A DNA stretch of 63,364 bases, the filler included, from Octopus bimaculoides (Eukaryota), in assembly GCF_001194135.2 (NCBI RefSeq). It is 7 parts of 7 records of this genome, joined end to end, with 100 filler letters (N's around TTAATTAATTAA, not from the genome) between each part and the next. Parts side by side here need not be neighbours in the genome. Positions count along the whole stretch, not along the records: positions 8,255 to 19,909 come from NC_068992.1; positions 20,010 to 24,227 come from NC_068993.1; positions 24,328 to 31,932 come from NC_069000.1; 4 more parts are not named here. The stretch is one strand, 5' to 3'. Positions 11,955 to 24,695 of the stretch are shown here, piece by piece. The notes below the pieces were generated by a model. It searched no databases, was not told the DNA's origin, and saw only the letters and a program-made list of their open reading frames with translations. Numbering within the stretch: position 1 is the first letter of the stretch; every line of letters starts with the position of its first letter. Both the position numbers and the translations under genes were made by a program.

Positions 11955-12795
11955 CCAAAATGCACACGTAGACATCACCAATGGGATTGAGGGTGCTACT
12001 CAACACCTAGCCACAGGGAAGCACTGACAAGGGAGACCCAGCTCCCTACGCAAGCAAGGCAGAGCCAGATCACGGATCGATGAATTCCATTTGATTAATC
12101 CTCATCAGTGACTCTCATCAGGTTGCCGAATGTTAAAGCTAACTTACCATGTCAGATTATAGAAAACATCATAGAAAGTTAGAGTCTGTTTTCATACATT
12201 ATAAATTATTAAGTCGGCTTAATCGCAGTTTACAATCGTAGTTTACAACTAAAGAGTTTGAAGCTACCAGTCAGCCCAAGCACTGCTAGAAACTCTTAGC
12301 CACGGGGAAAAACTTATCTAATGATTGGCAAGGGAGATACTGATGAGGATTAATGAAATCCGAAATCATAGATCGGTTATCTGGATCTGACTCGCTTGCT
12401 TTAGGGCGCTTGTGTCACTTGTCAGTCATTAGATGAGTGCTTTCCCGTGGCTAAGAGTTGTTCTGACTCTTATTTCTAGCAGTGCTTGTGCTGAGCGGCA
12501 CCCTTAGACACCTTAGCGACGTCTATACATGTGCCTTTTGGTTGTAATTTGCGAATAAGCCACTTTAACAATTCATAACCTTCACTTTGGCAATTTATGA
12601 AACCAGCCTGACAAAGCGAGTTAGCTTTAACCATTGACAATCGGGTGAGCGTCAATGATAAGGATTAATCAAATCCGGAATCATCAATCGGTTATCTGGC
12701 TCTGCGTCACTTGCCGTGGGGAGCTTTTCGGTCATTAGGTAAGTGCTTCCATGTGGCTAAGAGTTGTTCTGACTCTTATTTCTAGCAATGCTGCT
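11955..12795. mobile_element. Head-to-head array of a ~306-315-nt hammerhead-containing unit (non-LTR retrozyme-like or PLE pLTR-like): ~1.3 units on minus (12330 to 11955), ~1.5 units on plus (12334-12795)
   Basis: HHR cores at 12340 (+), 12655 (+, decayed) and 12108 (-). A 35-nt block gtggctaagagttgttctgactcttatttctagca is identical at 12447 and 12753. ttagctttaac, atctggctctg and gcaccct...ttttggttgt recur on both strands. Confidence 0.8.
12334..12393 (+). ncRNA. Type I hammerhead ribozyme with intact canonical core, predicted cleavage after C12387 (AUC)
   Basis: Stem I GAGAUA/UGACUC (one A.A mismatch; GAGUCA in the minus copy pairs perfectly); CUGAUGA 12340-12346; stem II GGAUU/AAUCC with G10.1-C11.1; GAAA 12362-12365; stem III AUC(A)UAGAU/AUCUGGAU, loop CGGUU. 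Confidence 0.82.
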
Positions 12796-13129
12796 GCTAA
12801 CTTGCACCTTCAGTCACTTTACTGACATCTACACTATATATATATATATATTTACATTTGTACTTCATTTTTTTCCGAATGGAATTTTTACAGTATATAC
12901 TTTAAATCATGTTCATTATTATTTAAAGCATTCTCATTACAATAGATGTTGTAGGAAGTATTCAATAAGTAAATAATTTATAATAGAAAAAATATCTATT
13001 TCAAAAATACAAGATGGACAAAATTAAAGAAAGTATGACATAAAATTCAAGATATCTAAATTTTGAAAGAAACTTTTACAATCCACATCAATATATTAAT
13101 GAAATGTGTACATTCCTTTATCTTTAATA

Positions 13130-14110
13130 ACTTCAACACATCTCCCTCCATAGGATTAGACCAATTTGTCACATTTTTCTGACGTAATTTTATTCCATTC
13201 TTCCTGACGTTTTACCCACACAATCGTAACATTCGCAGATTGATGCTCTCACATTTAATTACTAAGTATCTACCATGACTTTGCAGCGGGATTAAGGTGA
13301 GCACTCTGAGCTGGCCAACGCTTCACAGGATTGTTTCCAGCTTCAAACACCTCTTTAATAATGTTGGCATTGTGGCATGGCGCATTACCCTGAATAAAGC
13401 TTTACTGACGAGTTGGACGTAACTTCATAGCTGGCACAGATTTGCTGCAGAACGATGCTTTTGTATATGGTTGCATTCACATTATCATGGACCTGGATCA
13501 AAGGCCCAACACCTGCTACGAAAATCATTCCCCCACCCTTAAACCTCCACCTCCAAACTCCACTGATCTCTTCACCCATTTAGGGAGAAATCTTTCACGT
13601 TTATTACGTCTCACGTACTGTCTACCATCGGAGCCAACCAAATTGAACTTGCTTTTGTCACTGAAGAACAGACGTAACCAGCTGTCGCCATCCAAAGTAC
13701 GAGCTCATTGGCAAAGACTAACCTCACTCTTCGGTTCTTCATAGTGATGAGAGGTTTAGTGAGGTCGGGTATAGGCATGAAGACCAACTTCTTTCAAACG
13801 ATAAGCCAGAGTCTTCCGAGGCGCATTTACTTTAGAACGAAATTCCTGCAGCAGTACTGAAACGAGATCTTAACAACAGCCTCCGAATCAGACGGTCTTA
13901 CCCAACACTTGTTTTCCGTGGTTTCCTTCGTTTTTCTAATGAAACAAACGAGCTTTTTTCTTCATAAAGCTTGAGCATTTTGAAACAACGCTCTTTGATC
14001 TGTTAATGTCTCTGGCGATAGCAGAAACTGCCATTCCTTTTCTTTTAAATGTGACCACTCACTTTCTGGGGTTGTGATCAACTTTACGCTGGCTTTCCAT
14101 GGTTATTAAT
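13130..14110 (-). mobile_element. Decayed Tc1-like (DD34E) transposase
   Basis: Minus-strand motifs KPRKTS..DRLIRRL, FSDKSKFNLVGSDGRQYVRR, FGGGG, AGVGPL, FIQGNAPCH...WPAQSAHLNPAAKSW. 34-residue spacing, with the 2nd D mutated to G and E to A. TIRs not identified. Confidence 0.88.
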
Positions 14111-14650
14111 TCACTTCTGTTCAATTCCATTGCTTGGCCTATCTTATCGCAGATGGCTGGAATCTAGAACCAACTGATTTCTTTTCACCACCACGTTTTT
14201 GTTGAATTTTAGCTGAATTCAAAATCTTACAAACAGTGCAAAACGTTAGCCCTGTTTCTATACAATTAATCCAAGTCGATATTTCTCACTTCTTATAAAT
14301 AAGCAGAATTTTCAAGTTGGGTTAAACTTGACTAGCAATGTATAATGTTGCGTATATTTCATCATTAGGTTCAAGCAAAATCTTAGAATTGCAATCATGA
14401 AATGATAAATAATATATATATATATATATNNNNNNNNNNNNNNNNNNNNNNNNNNNNNNNNNNNNNNNNNNNNNNNNNNNNNNNNNNNNNNNNNNNNNNN
14501 NNNNNNNNNNNNNNNNNNNNNNNNNNNNNNNNNNNNNNNNNNNNNNNNNNNNNNNNNNNNNNNNNNNNNNNNNNNNNNNNNNNNNNNNNNNNNNNNNNNN
14601 NNNNNNNNNNNNNNNNNNNNNNNNNNNNNNNNNNNNNNNNNNNNNNNNNN

Positions 14651-14686
<36 letters not shown>

Positions 14687-17635
14687 GTATGAGCGTGGTT
14701 GTCAATAAGACACAGAGAGAGAAATGGCGAGAGAAAAAGTTGTGCTTGAAAGTATATCTAAAGCCGTTTCATATGTACATAGCACTTGAAAACTTTGCAA
14801 ACTTAACAAACTAACATATGTAAAGATTCGTATATTCGCTAATTGTTCGCTTGCTAGCGAAGGAATGAGATATACATTTAGTGCCCCTGCCCCCTTTGCA
14901 CCTCTCAGTCGGAATATTATAGATGTAAGGAATAATTTGTTATTTTCTATTCAATGAATTATTCATCATATGTGGAGGTGTTTGTGTCCGTATTTTAATT
15001 CTTTGTGAAGAGAAAGTATAACTTATGGGATGGACGTGATCTCAGAATCATCTTATAATTTGACAGTCAAATGGAATACACTATGTTTTGATATGTATCA
15101 CTTTCTATAAGTGTAACTTGCCAATTCAATGCAATTTTTAGTGACTTACAGTGAAATAAATGAGTTAAATAATATATGATGTCTTTAACAGCCGACGTAT
15201 CTCAATATTGATCATAACACCATTAACCCTAGGCAGAAGGGGAACTAAATATGGGTGACATCAGTGGAATTTATTATAACATAATCGAATGCAAGTCATA
15301 TTACTAAAGACATTTATGACTAATGGATATCTAACAAACTGCAGAACATAACACTTAGCTAAGGTGAAACATATTTGTTTTATGAGTGGTTGTTTTATTT
15401 CCGAAGTGACAAAAAATTATTGGAAGCGAGTATAATGACATTTTCATGAAGCAAAATAACTGTCAAATCAGCTACTACACCACGATATATTGTAACACGT
15501 GGTAAATTCTCACTGTCTCGATACTGTATCATGATAATATTTGATCAGTACTCAAAGTGGTGAGATTAACACGTTGTTACAGTTCTGTCTAACATATTTC
15601 ACATTACGTACATCCGCTACAAAGCAGTGAACGGTACATTATTATTCTTCAGATTGTTCTGTAAATGTTTCTGAAACAATTCTAGAAATTTTGGAACACA
15701 AGATAGACATATTTTCTTTGATTCTATGAGATAAGTACTTGAAAATACATCAATTTATATAAGCACATTTATTCCAACTGTCACCAAAAGTAATTCCTAG
15801 TTAGTACTTACTGAAGCCCAAATGCAAATAAGTATAACGTAATGCCATTGATATTAATTAAATTTCTCGCAAATCTTATAATTCAGCTTAAGAAATAGCT
15901 TAGATTTCATCAGAAATATATTCCTTTAACTTAATTTTCAAGTGGAGTCAGTGTGAAACTGTGTGCCATGGAAAAGTGTTGGAATTAGTATAGAGGTCCC
16001 ATTGAAGATTTCGACAAAGATTATTTCTACCCAAATTCACTCACAAGCTCATTTTTATTCGTGGCTAGATTAAAAGAATTTGCTCATGACATCATGCTGT
16101 ACGATTTATGCCTGGATTTGAAGGGTCTTCCCCGTAACTTAAAGGTTCGGAAAGAAGTCGATAGAATAAGTACAAGGCGTTAAAAAGCAAGTACTTGAGT
16201 GGATCTTTTCATTTAAAATCATTTTAAAGGCGGTGCATCATAAGGACTGCTGTTATGAGACAAATGAAAAGAATAAAATAATAAAAGAATGTGAGTGTGT
16301 TTGTATGTGTGTATATATGTATCCAACTATATTCCTATATATATATNNNNNNNNNNNNNNNNNNNNNNNNNNNNNNNNNNNNNNNNNNNNNNNNNNNNNN
16401 NNNNNNNNNNNNNNNNNNNNNNNNNNNNNNNNNNNNNNNNNNNNNNNNNNNNNNNNNNNNNNNNNNNNNNNNNNNNNNNNNNNNNNNNNNNNNNNNNNNN
16501 NNNNNNNNNNNNNNNNNNNNNNNNNNNNNNNNNNNNNNNNNNNNNNNNNNNNNNNNNNNNNNNNNNNNNNNNNNNNNNNNNNNNNNNNNNNNNNNNNNNN
16601 NNNNNNNNNNNNNNNNNNNNNNNNNNNNNNNNNNNNNNNNNNNNNNNNNNNNNNNNNNNNNNNNNNNNNNNNNNNNNNNNNNNNNNNNNNNNNNNNNNNN
16701 NNNNNNNNNNNNNNNNNNNNNNNNNNNNNNNNNNNNNNNNNNNNNNNNNNNNNNNNNNNNNNNNNNNNNNNNNNNNNNNNNNNNNNNNNNNNNNNNNNNN
16801 NNNNNNNNNNNNNNNNNNNNNNNNNNNNNNNNNNNNNNNNNNNNNNNNNNNNNNNNNNNNNNNNNNNNNNNNNNNNNNNNNNNNNNNNNNNNNNNNNNNN
16901 NNNNNNNNNNNNNNNNNNNNNNNNNNNNNNNNNNNNNNNNNNNNNNNNNNNNNNNNNNNNNNNNNNNNNNNNNNNNNNNNNNNNNNNNNNNNNNNNNNNN
17001 NNNNNNNNNNNNNNNNNNNNNNNNNNNNNNNNNNNNNNNNNNNNNNNNNNNNNNNNNNNNNNNNNNNNNNNNNNNNNNNNNNNNNNNNNNNNNNNNNNNN
17101 NNNNNNNNNNNNNNNNNNNNNNNNNNNNNNNNNNNNNNNNNNNNNNNNNNNNNNNNNNNNNNNNNNNNNNNNNNNNNNNNNNNNNNNNNNNNNATATATA
17201 TATACGTATGTATGCATGTATGTATATATGTATGTATGTATGTATTATGCAAGTGTATACAAAAATAGCATAAAAGGAAGGTGAAAAATAGCAGGCTTTA
17301 ATACCAAATCACAACATTCGCTTCTGAACTGGGCATCAGCTTTCAATTGCTGGGTGCACATCTATATATAACCTTTTAAGTTTATTCTTTAGTATTGTTA
17401 TGTAAAGAAATACCACTCAACGACATATATGTGCTTGTTCCTCCTCAGGTAGAATGCGATCAAATACTGAGGATTTCTTTGAGTTTCCTTCGTTATACCA
17501 GGTTTTTTACTCTCCACCAATTAGTTCATTAGATTCCTGACAACACATTACTGTAGTGATAAAAATCCAATAGATCACAATACTATTAACAACAATGACA
17601 AAAGCAAAATAAGTGTGACCGAAATGAAAATAAAG

Positions 17636-17824
17636 CTTTCTACCAAAGGCACAAGACCTGAAAATTCGGGGCAGTGGACTAGTCGATTACATCGACCCCA
17701 GCGTTTCACTGGTACTTAATTTATCGACCCCGAAAAGACGTAGGGCGGAATTTCAATGTTACGACGGGAAAACACCGCTAAGCAGTTCCTCCAGCATACT
17801 AACGATTCTGCCCGTTCGCCGCCT
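17636..17824 (-). mobile_element. tRNA-headed SINE, family B (ggcggcgagctggcagaa...gttcaaattcc...gtcgataaattaagtaccag)
   Basis: Homologous to the TSD-flanked copy at 41461-41697. Confidence 0.8.
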
Positions 17825-17966
17825 AAATGAAAATGTTAATAATAAAAAAAAATAACAAATCGAAATCTATTTAAATGATAGTGATAAAATAAAATGAAAC
17901 TGCAGATATAATTTTATCAAATAAATTTACAATATATTTAACTTCCTATCGTGCTGTCTCAGTATA

Positions 17967-18178
17967 TTTATTTCTTTATTGCTCACAGGGGGCTGAACAT
18001 AGACGGTTCAAACAAGGACAGACAAAGGGGTTAAATTCATTACATCGGCCCCAAGGTGTAACTGGTACTTATTTAATCGACCTCGAAAGGATGAAAAGCA
18101 AAGTCGACTTCGGCAGAATTTGAAATATCGCTAGGCAGTGCACCCGGCGTGCTAACGATTCTGACAGCTCGAGGCCTT
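17967..18178 (-). mobile_element. SINE family B
   Basis: Homologous to 41461-41697 including the same tail. Confidence 0.85.
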
Positions 18179-18471
18179 AATGATAATAATAATAACCAAA
18201 ATAATAACTAAACCAAATCTATTTAAATGATGGAGATAAAATAAAATAAAATAAAACTGAAGATGGTTTTATGAAATAAATTTACAATGGATTTTATTTC
18301 CGGTCATGCTGTGTTTGGGTATAATGCTATGCTATCAGTTTTCAGCGTTAGGCATCTATTTTCAATTATATATTCTCGTTATGGTTTCAGGCCATCTAGC
18401 TTCAAAGGATCTTAATGAACCCCACTAGCCATTAAATACTTGACTGCAGCCTTATTTTCCCTCATATATAC

Positions 18472-18507
<36 letters not shown>

Positions 18508-19876
18508 NNNNNNNNNNNNNNNNNNNNNNNNNNNNNNNNNNNNNNNNNNNNNNNNNNNNNNNNNNNNNNNNNNNNNNNNNNNNNNNNNNNNNNNNNNNNN
18601 NNNNNNNNNNNNNNNNNNNNNNNNNNNNNNNNNNNNNNNNNNNNNNNNNNNNNNNNNNNNNNNNNNNNNNNNNNNNNNNNNNNNNNNNNNNNNNNNNNNN
18701 NNNNNNNNNNNNNNNNNNNNNNNNNNNNNNNNNNNNNNTGTGTCTGTGTGTGTCTGTGTGTGTGTGTGTGTGTGTGTGCGTGTGTGTATATCTACTTCAG
18801 TTGTTTCAGCGTACATATCTCACATTATACTCTCACATATTCTCAACTTTCACTTCTATGCTTTAGTCCGTCTTCCTTTATATAATCGTGATTTTGTCTT
18901 TTTTTACTGTTGATGTGTATTTATGAAATGCACAACTAAAATATACTTATCTCAAATGAATTCTCTCGGAAAAAATTTTAACATTTCTTTAATTTATTGT
19001 TGCCACAAGATTTTACTGTGTTTAAGATGTTTGCTATCGTTTCAAATCACATGCAAACTATAGTTCGGAGATGTTACCTAAATCCATCTGTTTAAACTAT
19101 ATAAGATTGTTTTTACTTTGATACAAATCTAGTACGTTCGATGTTGGGTATAAATCGATTACATCGATACCAGTCTTCAACTGGTAACTGTCTTATCGAA
19201 CCCGAATGAAAGATAGGTAAAATATCAAATTATCCAAATCTATATGAACACTATATATGTCTCTACATTCTAGATATGTTCTTTCCATAACAATATTTTA
19301 TTTTTAATACAATAAGAGCTCCTCAGATTAATGTCACTACTTTGTAGTTATTATGACTAGCATATTATTTTAATCATCCTCGAAAATATCTCTCCCCTCT
19401 TTCTCTTTCTCACTCTCTCTCTCTTTGCTCACATGTTATCATCGTCCATCTTTCTTTTCCTCACGTGACTATATATCTCTCCTGCACGGAAGTATAAACG
19501 GACGGACGTATTTTTCTCTCTCTCCTCTATCTTTTCTCTTTTCAAAAGTATGTTTTTCCCAGCGTTCACTATTTTCCTGTCATTCTAGTCTAACGACTCT
19601 CCAAGTTTATTTTCGTTCGGTTTCTTTGCATGTCTCCACTGTCATTTCTTTCTTCCCAACTTTGAACCTGCATAAATCCTAAATTTTATTTCAGAATTTG
19701 TGAGAACAACTCTCTTTGAAGATTCATATTGTCGTTGAATGCTCAAAATGAGGAGTGGATCGACAGACAACAACTGATGAAGGTTCCTTTCTCTGTATTA
19801 ACTAGTCCTGTTTTCCATTATTTCTCGTTTGTTTGAATATTTCATGTTTTTTGCACCGTTGGTGACGTCCTGAACC

Positions 19877-19909
<33 letters not shown>

Positions 19910-20387
19910 NNNNNNNNNNNNNNNNNNNNNNNNNNNNNNNNNNNNNNNNNNNNTTAATTAATTAANNNNNNNNNNNNNNNNNNNNNNNNNNNNNNNNNNN
20001 NNNNNNNNNACGCATACAATCACACACACATGGGCATAAACAACACACGCACATACAATAGCAAACGCACGCACACACACGTACACAGCAACGCACATAC
20101 ACACAACATACACATACACACAAACACACACGCACTCACAAAAACATACACATACACACACGCGCACATACAAAATACACACACACACTTACCCAACACC
20201 TACAACCCCACACAAACACGAACACACACATACTTAAATAACCGCCTGTTGACCTTCTACCTACACTGTCTATAAGCGTCCACTAACCAGTCCTGCTACT
20301 AATTTCTTCCACTACGTCATACACACACACACACACAAACACACTAACAGATAAACCACCAAACCATGCACACACACACACACACAT

Positions 20388-20426
<39 letters not shown>

Positions 20427-21129
20427 NNNNNNNNNNNNNNNNNNNNNNNNNNNNNNNNNNNNNNNNNNNNNNNNNNNNNNNNNNNNNNNNNNNNNNNNNN
20501 NNNNNNNNNNNNNNNNNNNNNNNNNNNNNNNNNNNNNNNNNNNNNNNNNNNNNNNNNNNNNNNNNNNNNNNNNNNNNNNNNNNNNNNNNNNNNNNNNNNN
20601 NNNNNNNNNNNNNNNNNNNNNNNNNNNNNNNNNNNNNNNNNNNNNNNNNNNNNNNNNNNNNNNNNNNNNNNNNNNNNNNNNNNNNNNNNNNNNNNNNNNN
20701 NNNNNNNNNNNNNNNNNNNNNNNNNNNNNNNNNNNNNNNNNNNNNNNNNNNNNNNNNNNNNNNNNNNNNNNNNNNNNNNNNNNNNNNNNNNNNNNNNNNN
20801 NNNNNNNNNNNNNNNNNNNNNNNNNNNNNNNNNNNNNNNNNNNNNNNNNNNNNNNNNNNNNNNNNNNNNNNNNNNNNNNNNNNNNNNNNNNNNNNNNNNN
20901 NNNNNNNNNNNNNNNNNNNNNNNNNNNNNNNNNNNNNNNNNNNNNNNNNNNNNNNNNNNNNNNNNNNNNNNNNNNNNNNNNNNNNNNNNNNNNNNNNNNN
21001 NNNNNNNNNNNNNNNNNNNNNNNNNNNNNNNNNNNNNNNNNNNNNNNNNNNNNNNNNNNNNNNNNNNNNNNNNNNNNNNNNNNNNNNNNNNNNNNNNNNN
21101 NNNNNNNNNNNNNNNNNNNNNNNNNNNNN

Positions 21130-21206
<77 letters not shown>

Positions 21207-21211
21207 ATCAC

Positions 21212-21405
21212 AAGGCGGCGCTGAAAAGTTCCTGGCTGTGGGTAAAAGAAAATACAGGAAGATCAGTTAGTTATGATTTTGTTAAGCATATTCCTCTCTG
21301 AGATTTACACATTTATGGCAGCGTTCCTTCCATTTTTCTAAGTCCTGAAAAAGAACTCGAAAGCTTGGGCCTCCAGGAAGGTCTTTCGCGAGACCTTTAA
21401 AACCG
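21212..21405. mobile_element. Short mariner-derived non-autonomous element remnant
   Basis: Starts with a TIR-like ggcggcgctgaaaagttcctggct. Minus strand resembles a mariner transposase C-terminus (..K..ERC.KCVNLR.EY). Assignment partly from recall. Confidence 0.5.
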
Positions 21406-21443
21406 TGTGTGTGTGTATATATATATATATACATATATAGATC

Positions 21444-21650
21444 TACTTGTTTCACTCATATGACTTCGGTCATGCTGGGGGCACTGCCTTGAAGGTTTTT
21501 ATTCGAATAAATCGATCGACCCCGCGATTTCTTTAAAACCTGGTACTTATTCTGTCTTTTCGCTTTGCCGAAGCGCTAAGTTACGGGGACATAAACACGG
21601 GTGTTGGTTGTTAAGCGGTAGTGGGAAGGACAAATACAGGCACAAAGACA
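21444..21650 (-). mobile_element. SINE family A, 3' half
   Basis: Reverse complement of the 28449-28642 tail (gtccccgtaacttagc...gacagaataagtacc...ggcagtgccccagcatg). Confidence 0.8.
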
Positions 21651-21912
21651 CACACACACACATACATATATATGAGTGTGTGTGTGTGTGTATGTGTGTG
21701 TCTTCCTGGCTATTTGTACTCCCATACACCCACCACTTAACAACCTGGGTTAGTGTGTATATGTAAGTATATATATATATGCATGAATGCGTTTCTATAG
21801 ATATGTATGTATGTATGCAGCTGTCACGTCGAGGATGTTCCATCATAGAGAGACAGCTGTGCAAGTTTCTGCTTAAGTGATAAGGTAGTCTTAACAGTTA
21901 AACACACACGCA

Positions 21913-21943
<31 letters not shown>

Positions 21944-22607
21944 ACACAACCACACACACAGACACACACACAGACACACACACACACATACACACACAAA
22001 GGGGGTGAATTTTCAAGGTATAAAATCTTGTTTTTGTTGGCCCTTTGCCTCGAAAACAATTTCATTTCTCTGGCCCACTGCTATGGGTTTTAGCAGCTTA
22101 AGAGATGTTGGAACATATGTTAATGTATCGGAGAAGCGAATCATAAAGTTCCCATCTCCTGTTCTGATAATTTGTGCTATAAGTCCATTAACATTGAACG
22201 TTTATGATTCGTTTGTTATCCATGACATAATTTCCATTTTATCAATCGGATATAGCAACGGGAATCAAAATCTCTTTGCTTATATAAGTATCTACGACGC
22301 TTAAGCTAACATCAGTTTCACCCTGCATTGCATCACAACTCTCTGGCAACTAAAAAATTCTATTGATTTGCTCTCCTGGTTCCTCTTGTTCTTGGCTGTG
22401 TAAAACATTTGGCTCCTATATCAAGCAGATCTATTTAACTGCGTAGATACTTTAGCGAGAAGGTGGACAGGAACATGCTGTTTGGGGGTTTCCCAATCTG
22501 CCACTCTACCCCCGTTGAATGAATAATGACAATTTCGAATATAGGTACAAGTCCACAATTTTTACGCGCGTGTGAGTATGCATTGGGCGCGGAATGGGCG
22601 GCTTTAT

Positions 22608-22760
22608 TGATTAAATCTACTTCTGTGCAGTATTGTTTCTTTACTTTATCGACCTCGGAAAGGAAAAATTGAAGCTCAACTTGGTGATATCTGCATTCAG
22701 AACGTAAAGATCCAGAAAAAATACTGTACGGCATTTATTCCAACACTATAACAATTCTCC
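22608..22760 (-). mobile_element. Degenerate SINE family B
   Basis: ttatcgacctcggaaagg...tcagaacgtaaag blocks match family B. Confidence 0.55.
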
Positions 22761-23659
22761 TGATCTCGCATCCTCATCCGGATAAAACAATAATCTTTCA
22801 GGGGAAAAGCAAAATTAACTGGTACTGCTTCTGTCGAAGTCAATCGGTTGAAAATCAAACTCGGTCCCAGCAAGTTTCTGACAGTGCTGCAGCAGCAGCA
22901 GCGATGGTGTCTAGACTATAACAAATCTACTCTCAATGAATTTACTTCAGTCAGTGTTTGCTTTTTTTCTTCCTGTTTTTTTTTTCGTGGTTTTAGTGTG
23001 TACAAAATATTTAGAGAATTGGTACTCCCCAACATCGATCTAATGTTCAAGAATCTAAAACTGTTCGATTTATTTTGGGTTTCCTTTTTTCTTTTACAAG
23101 AGAAATAGTGAAGCTACTAAGCGTGGTATCCTGACCCGGTTAAAGTGCGTGGGAGCTTTCTATCCTGTCTTTTATCAGAACGTCATCGTATTGGATGAAG
23201 TATAGCACTCCTTAAGTAGATATTCCCAGTTAATAGAACACTGGGAAGTTGCCACGTTGCTTGTATGCATGTTTCCAGCCAGGGTTTCCTACAGATTCAC
23301 TAGTAATAACTTTCAGAGTTCTGTACCCCCACCCTCCAACCGATTAATTCTTCCGCTGTTAACCAATCACTACATATTCATCAAAATTTTGGCCTGTTGA
23401 CAATCAACCTTTATATTCATATATATATATCTATTTTGAAGGGTCGCTCTACGTTTCCACCACTTGTGGACAGAATCTGTAACCGATTACCGCAACAAAT
23501 AGACTGTTATATCTAACTAAGCTGATCAGAAACAGGTTATATATGCGAACAAGCAATATCTTATCTCCCATTCTATTTCATCCAGTCAAACCGGCTACTC
23601 ATTCTTTACTAACACACATGAGAACAAGAAGAGATAGGGAAGGGTTTGTAAGAAGTTTA

Positions 23660-23686
23660 GATAGACAGACAGACAAACAGGTCGAT

Positions 23687-23720
<34 letters not shown>

Positions 23721-23726
23721 ATAGAC

Positions 23727-23760
<34 letters not shown>
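23660..23760. repeat. Compound (AGAC)n/(AGAT)n microsatellite; similar tracts at 26719-26853, 31002-31080, 39199-39250, 55215-55285
   Basis: Direct reading. Confidence 0.97.
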
Positions 23761-23761
<1 letters not shown>

Positions 23762-23926
23762 AGTATGGGAGAACAAAGAGAGAGAGAGACAGAGATAGAG
23801 AGAGAGAGAGAGAGAGAGTAAGCAACAGGAAGAGTTGCTCGTATATGTGTATGAATGCATTGACTACGAAATAATAGGAGATCTGCATAAAACGCAAACT
23901 TATTCAGTGTGGAAAATTGTATAGTT

Positions 23927-24020
23927 TACTAGCAGAAATACCCGGCGTTGCCCGGGTTAAAGAGAATAATGAAATCTAAAAACGCCGTCTAGACTACGCA
24001 TCATCTTTATATATAGAGAT
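23927..24020 (+). mobile_element. Short Helitron/Helentron-like non-autonomous element remnant
   Basis: Begins actagcagaaat-ACCCGG-cgttg-CCCGGGT (subterminal hairpin after CTAG) and ends atatatagagat. This resembles HINE/DINE-1-type termini from recall. Confidence 0.45.
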
Positions 24021-24327
24021 GTATATACACACACGCACCCAAACACACGTATATATATGTATATCAATATAAATATATGAAAGTCAATGAAGTTTCGTAA
24101 AAGAAGGTGATCATGTACATACTTTCTTGCTGTTGTGATTATAACACCTCCTGGTAAACTATGTTCCTTGTTTTCCCTTGTGGAGCATATACAAATAGGT
24201 TTTTTTTTTGCTGCCCACTCTTGAGCANNNNNNNNNNNNNNNNNNNNNNNNNNNNNNNNNNNNNNNNNNNNTTAATTAATTAANNNNNNNNNNNNNNNNN
24301 NNNNNNNNNNNNNNNNNNNNNNNNNNN

Positions 24328-24405
<78 letters not shown>

Positions 24406-24559
24406 GCATGTAAACGTATATGTATATGTCTGTGTGTATATATATATAAATATGTATATATATGTATGTATATATGTGTATGTATATATATGTATATATA
24501 TATGTGTGTGTGTGTATATATATATGTATACATGTATATATCACTGATAATTGTTATTG

Positions 24560-24695
<136 letters not shown>

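Noticed and set aside
19760-19800. CTGATGA followed by AAGGTTCCTT hairpin
   Set aside because: No GAAA or stem III; cannot fold as a hammerhead.
22030-22400. Possible decayed LINE C-terminus on minus
   Set aside because: Multiple stops and no diagnostic motif; cannot assign.
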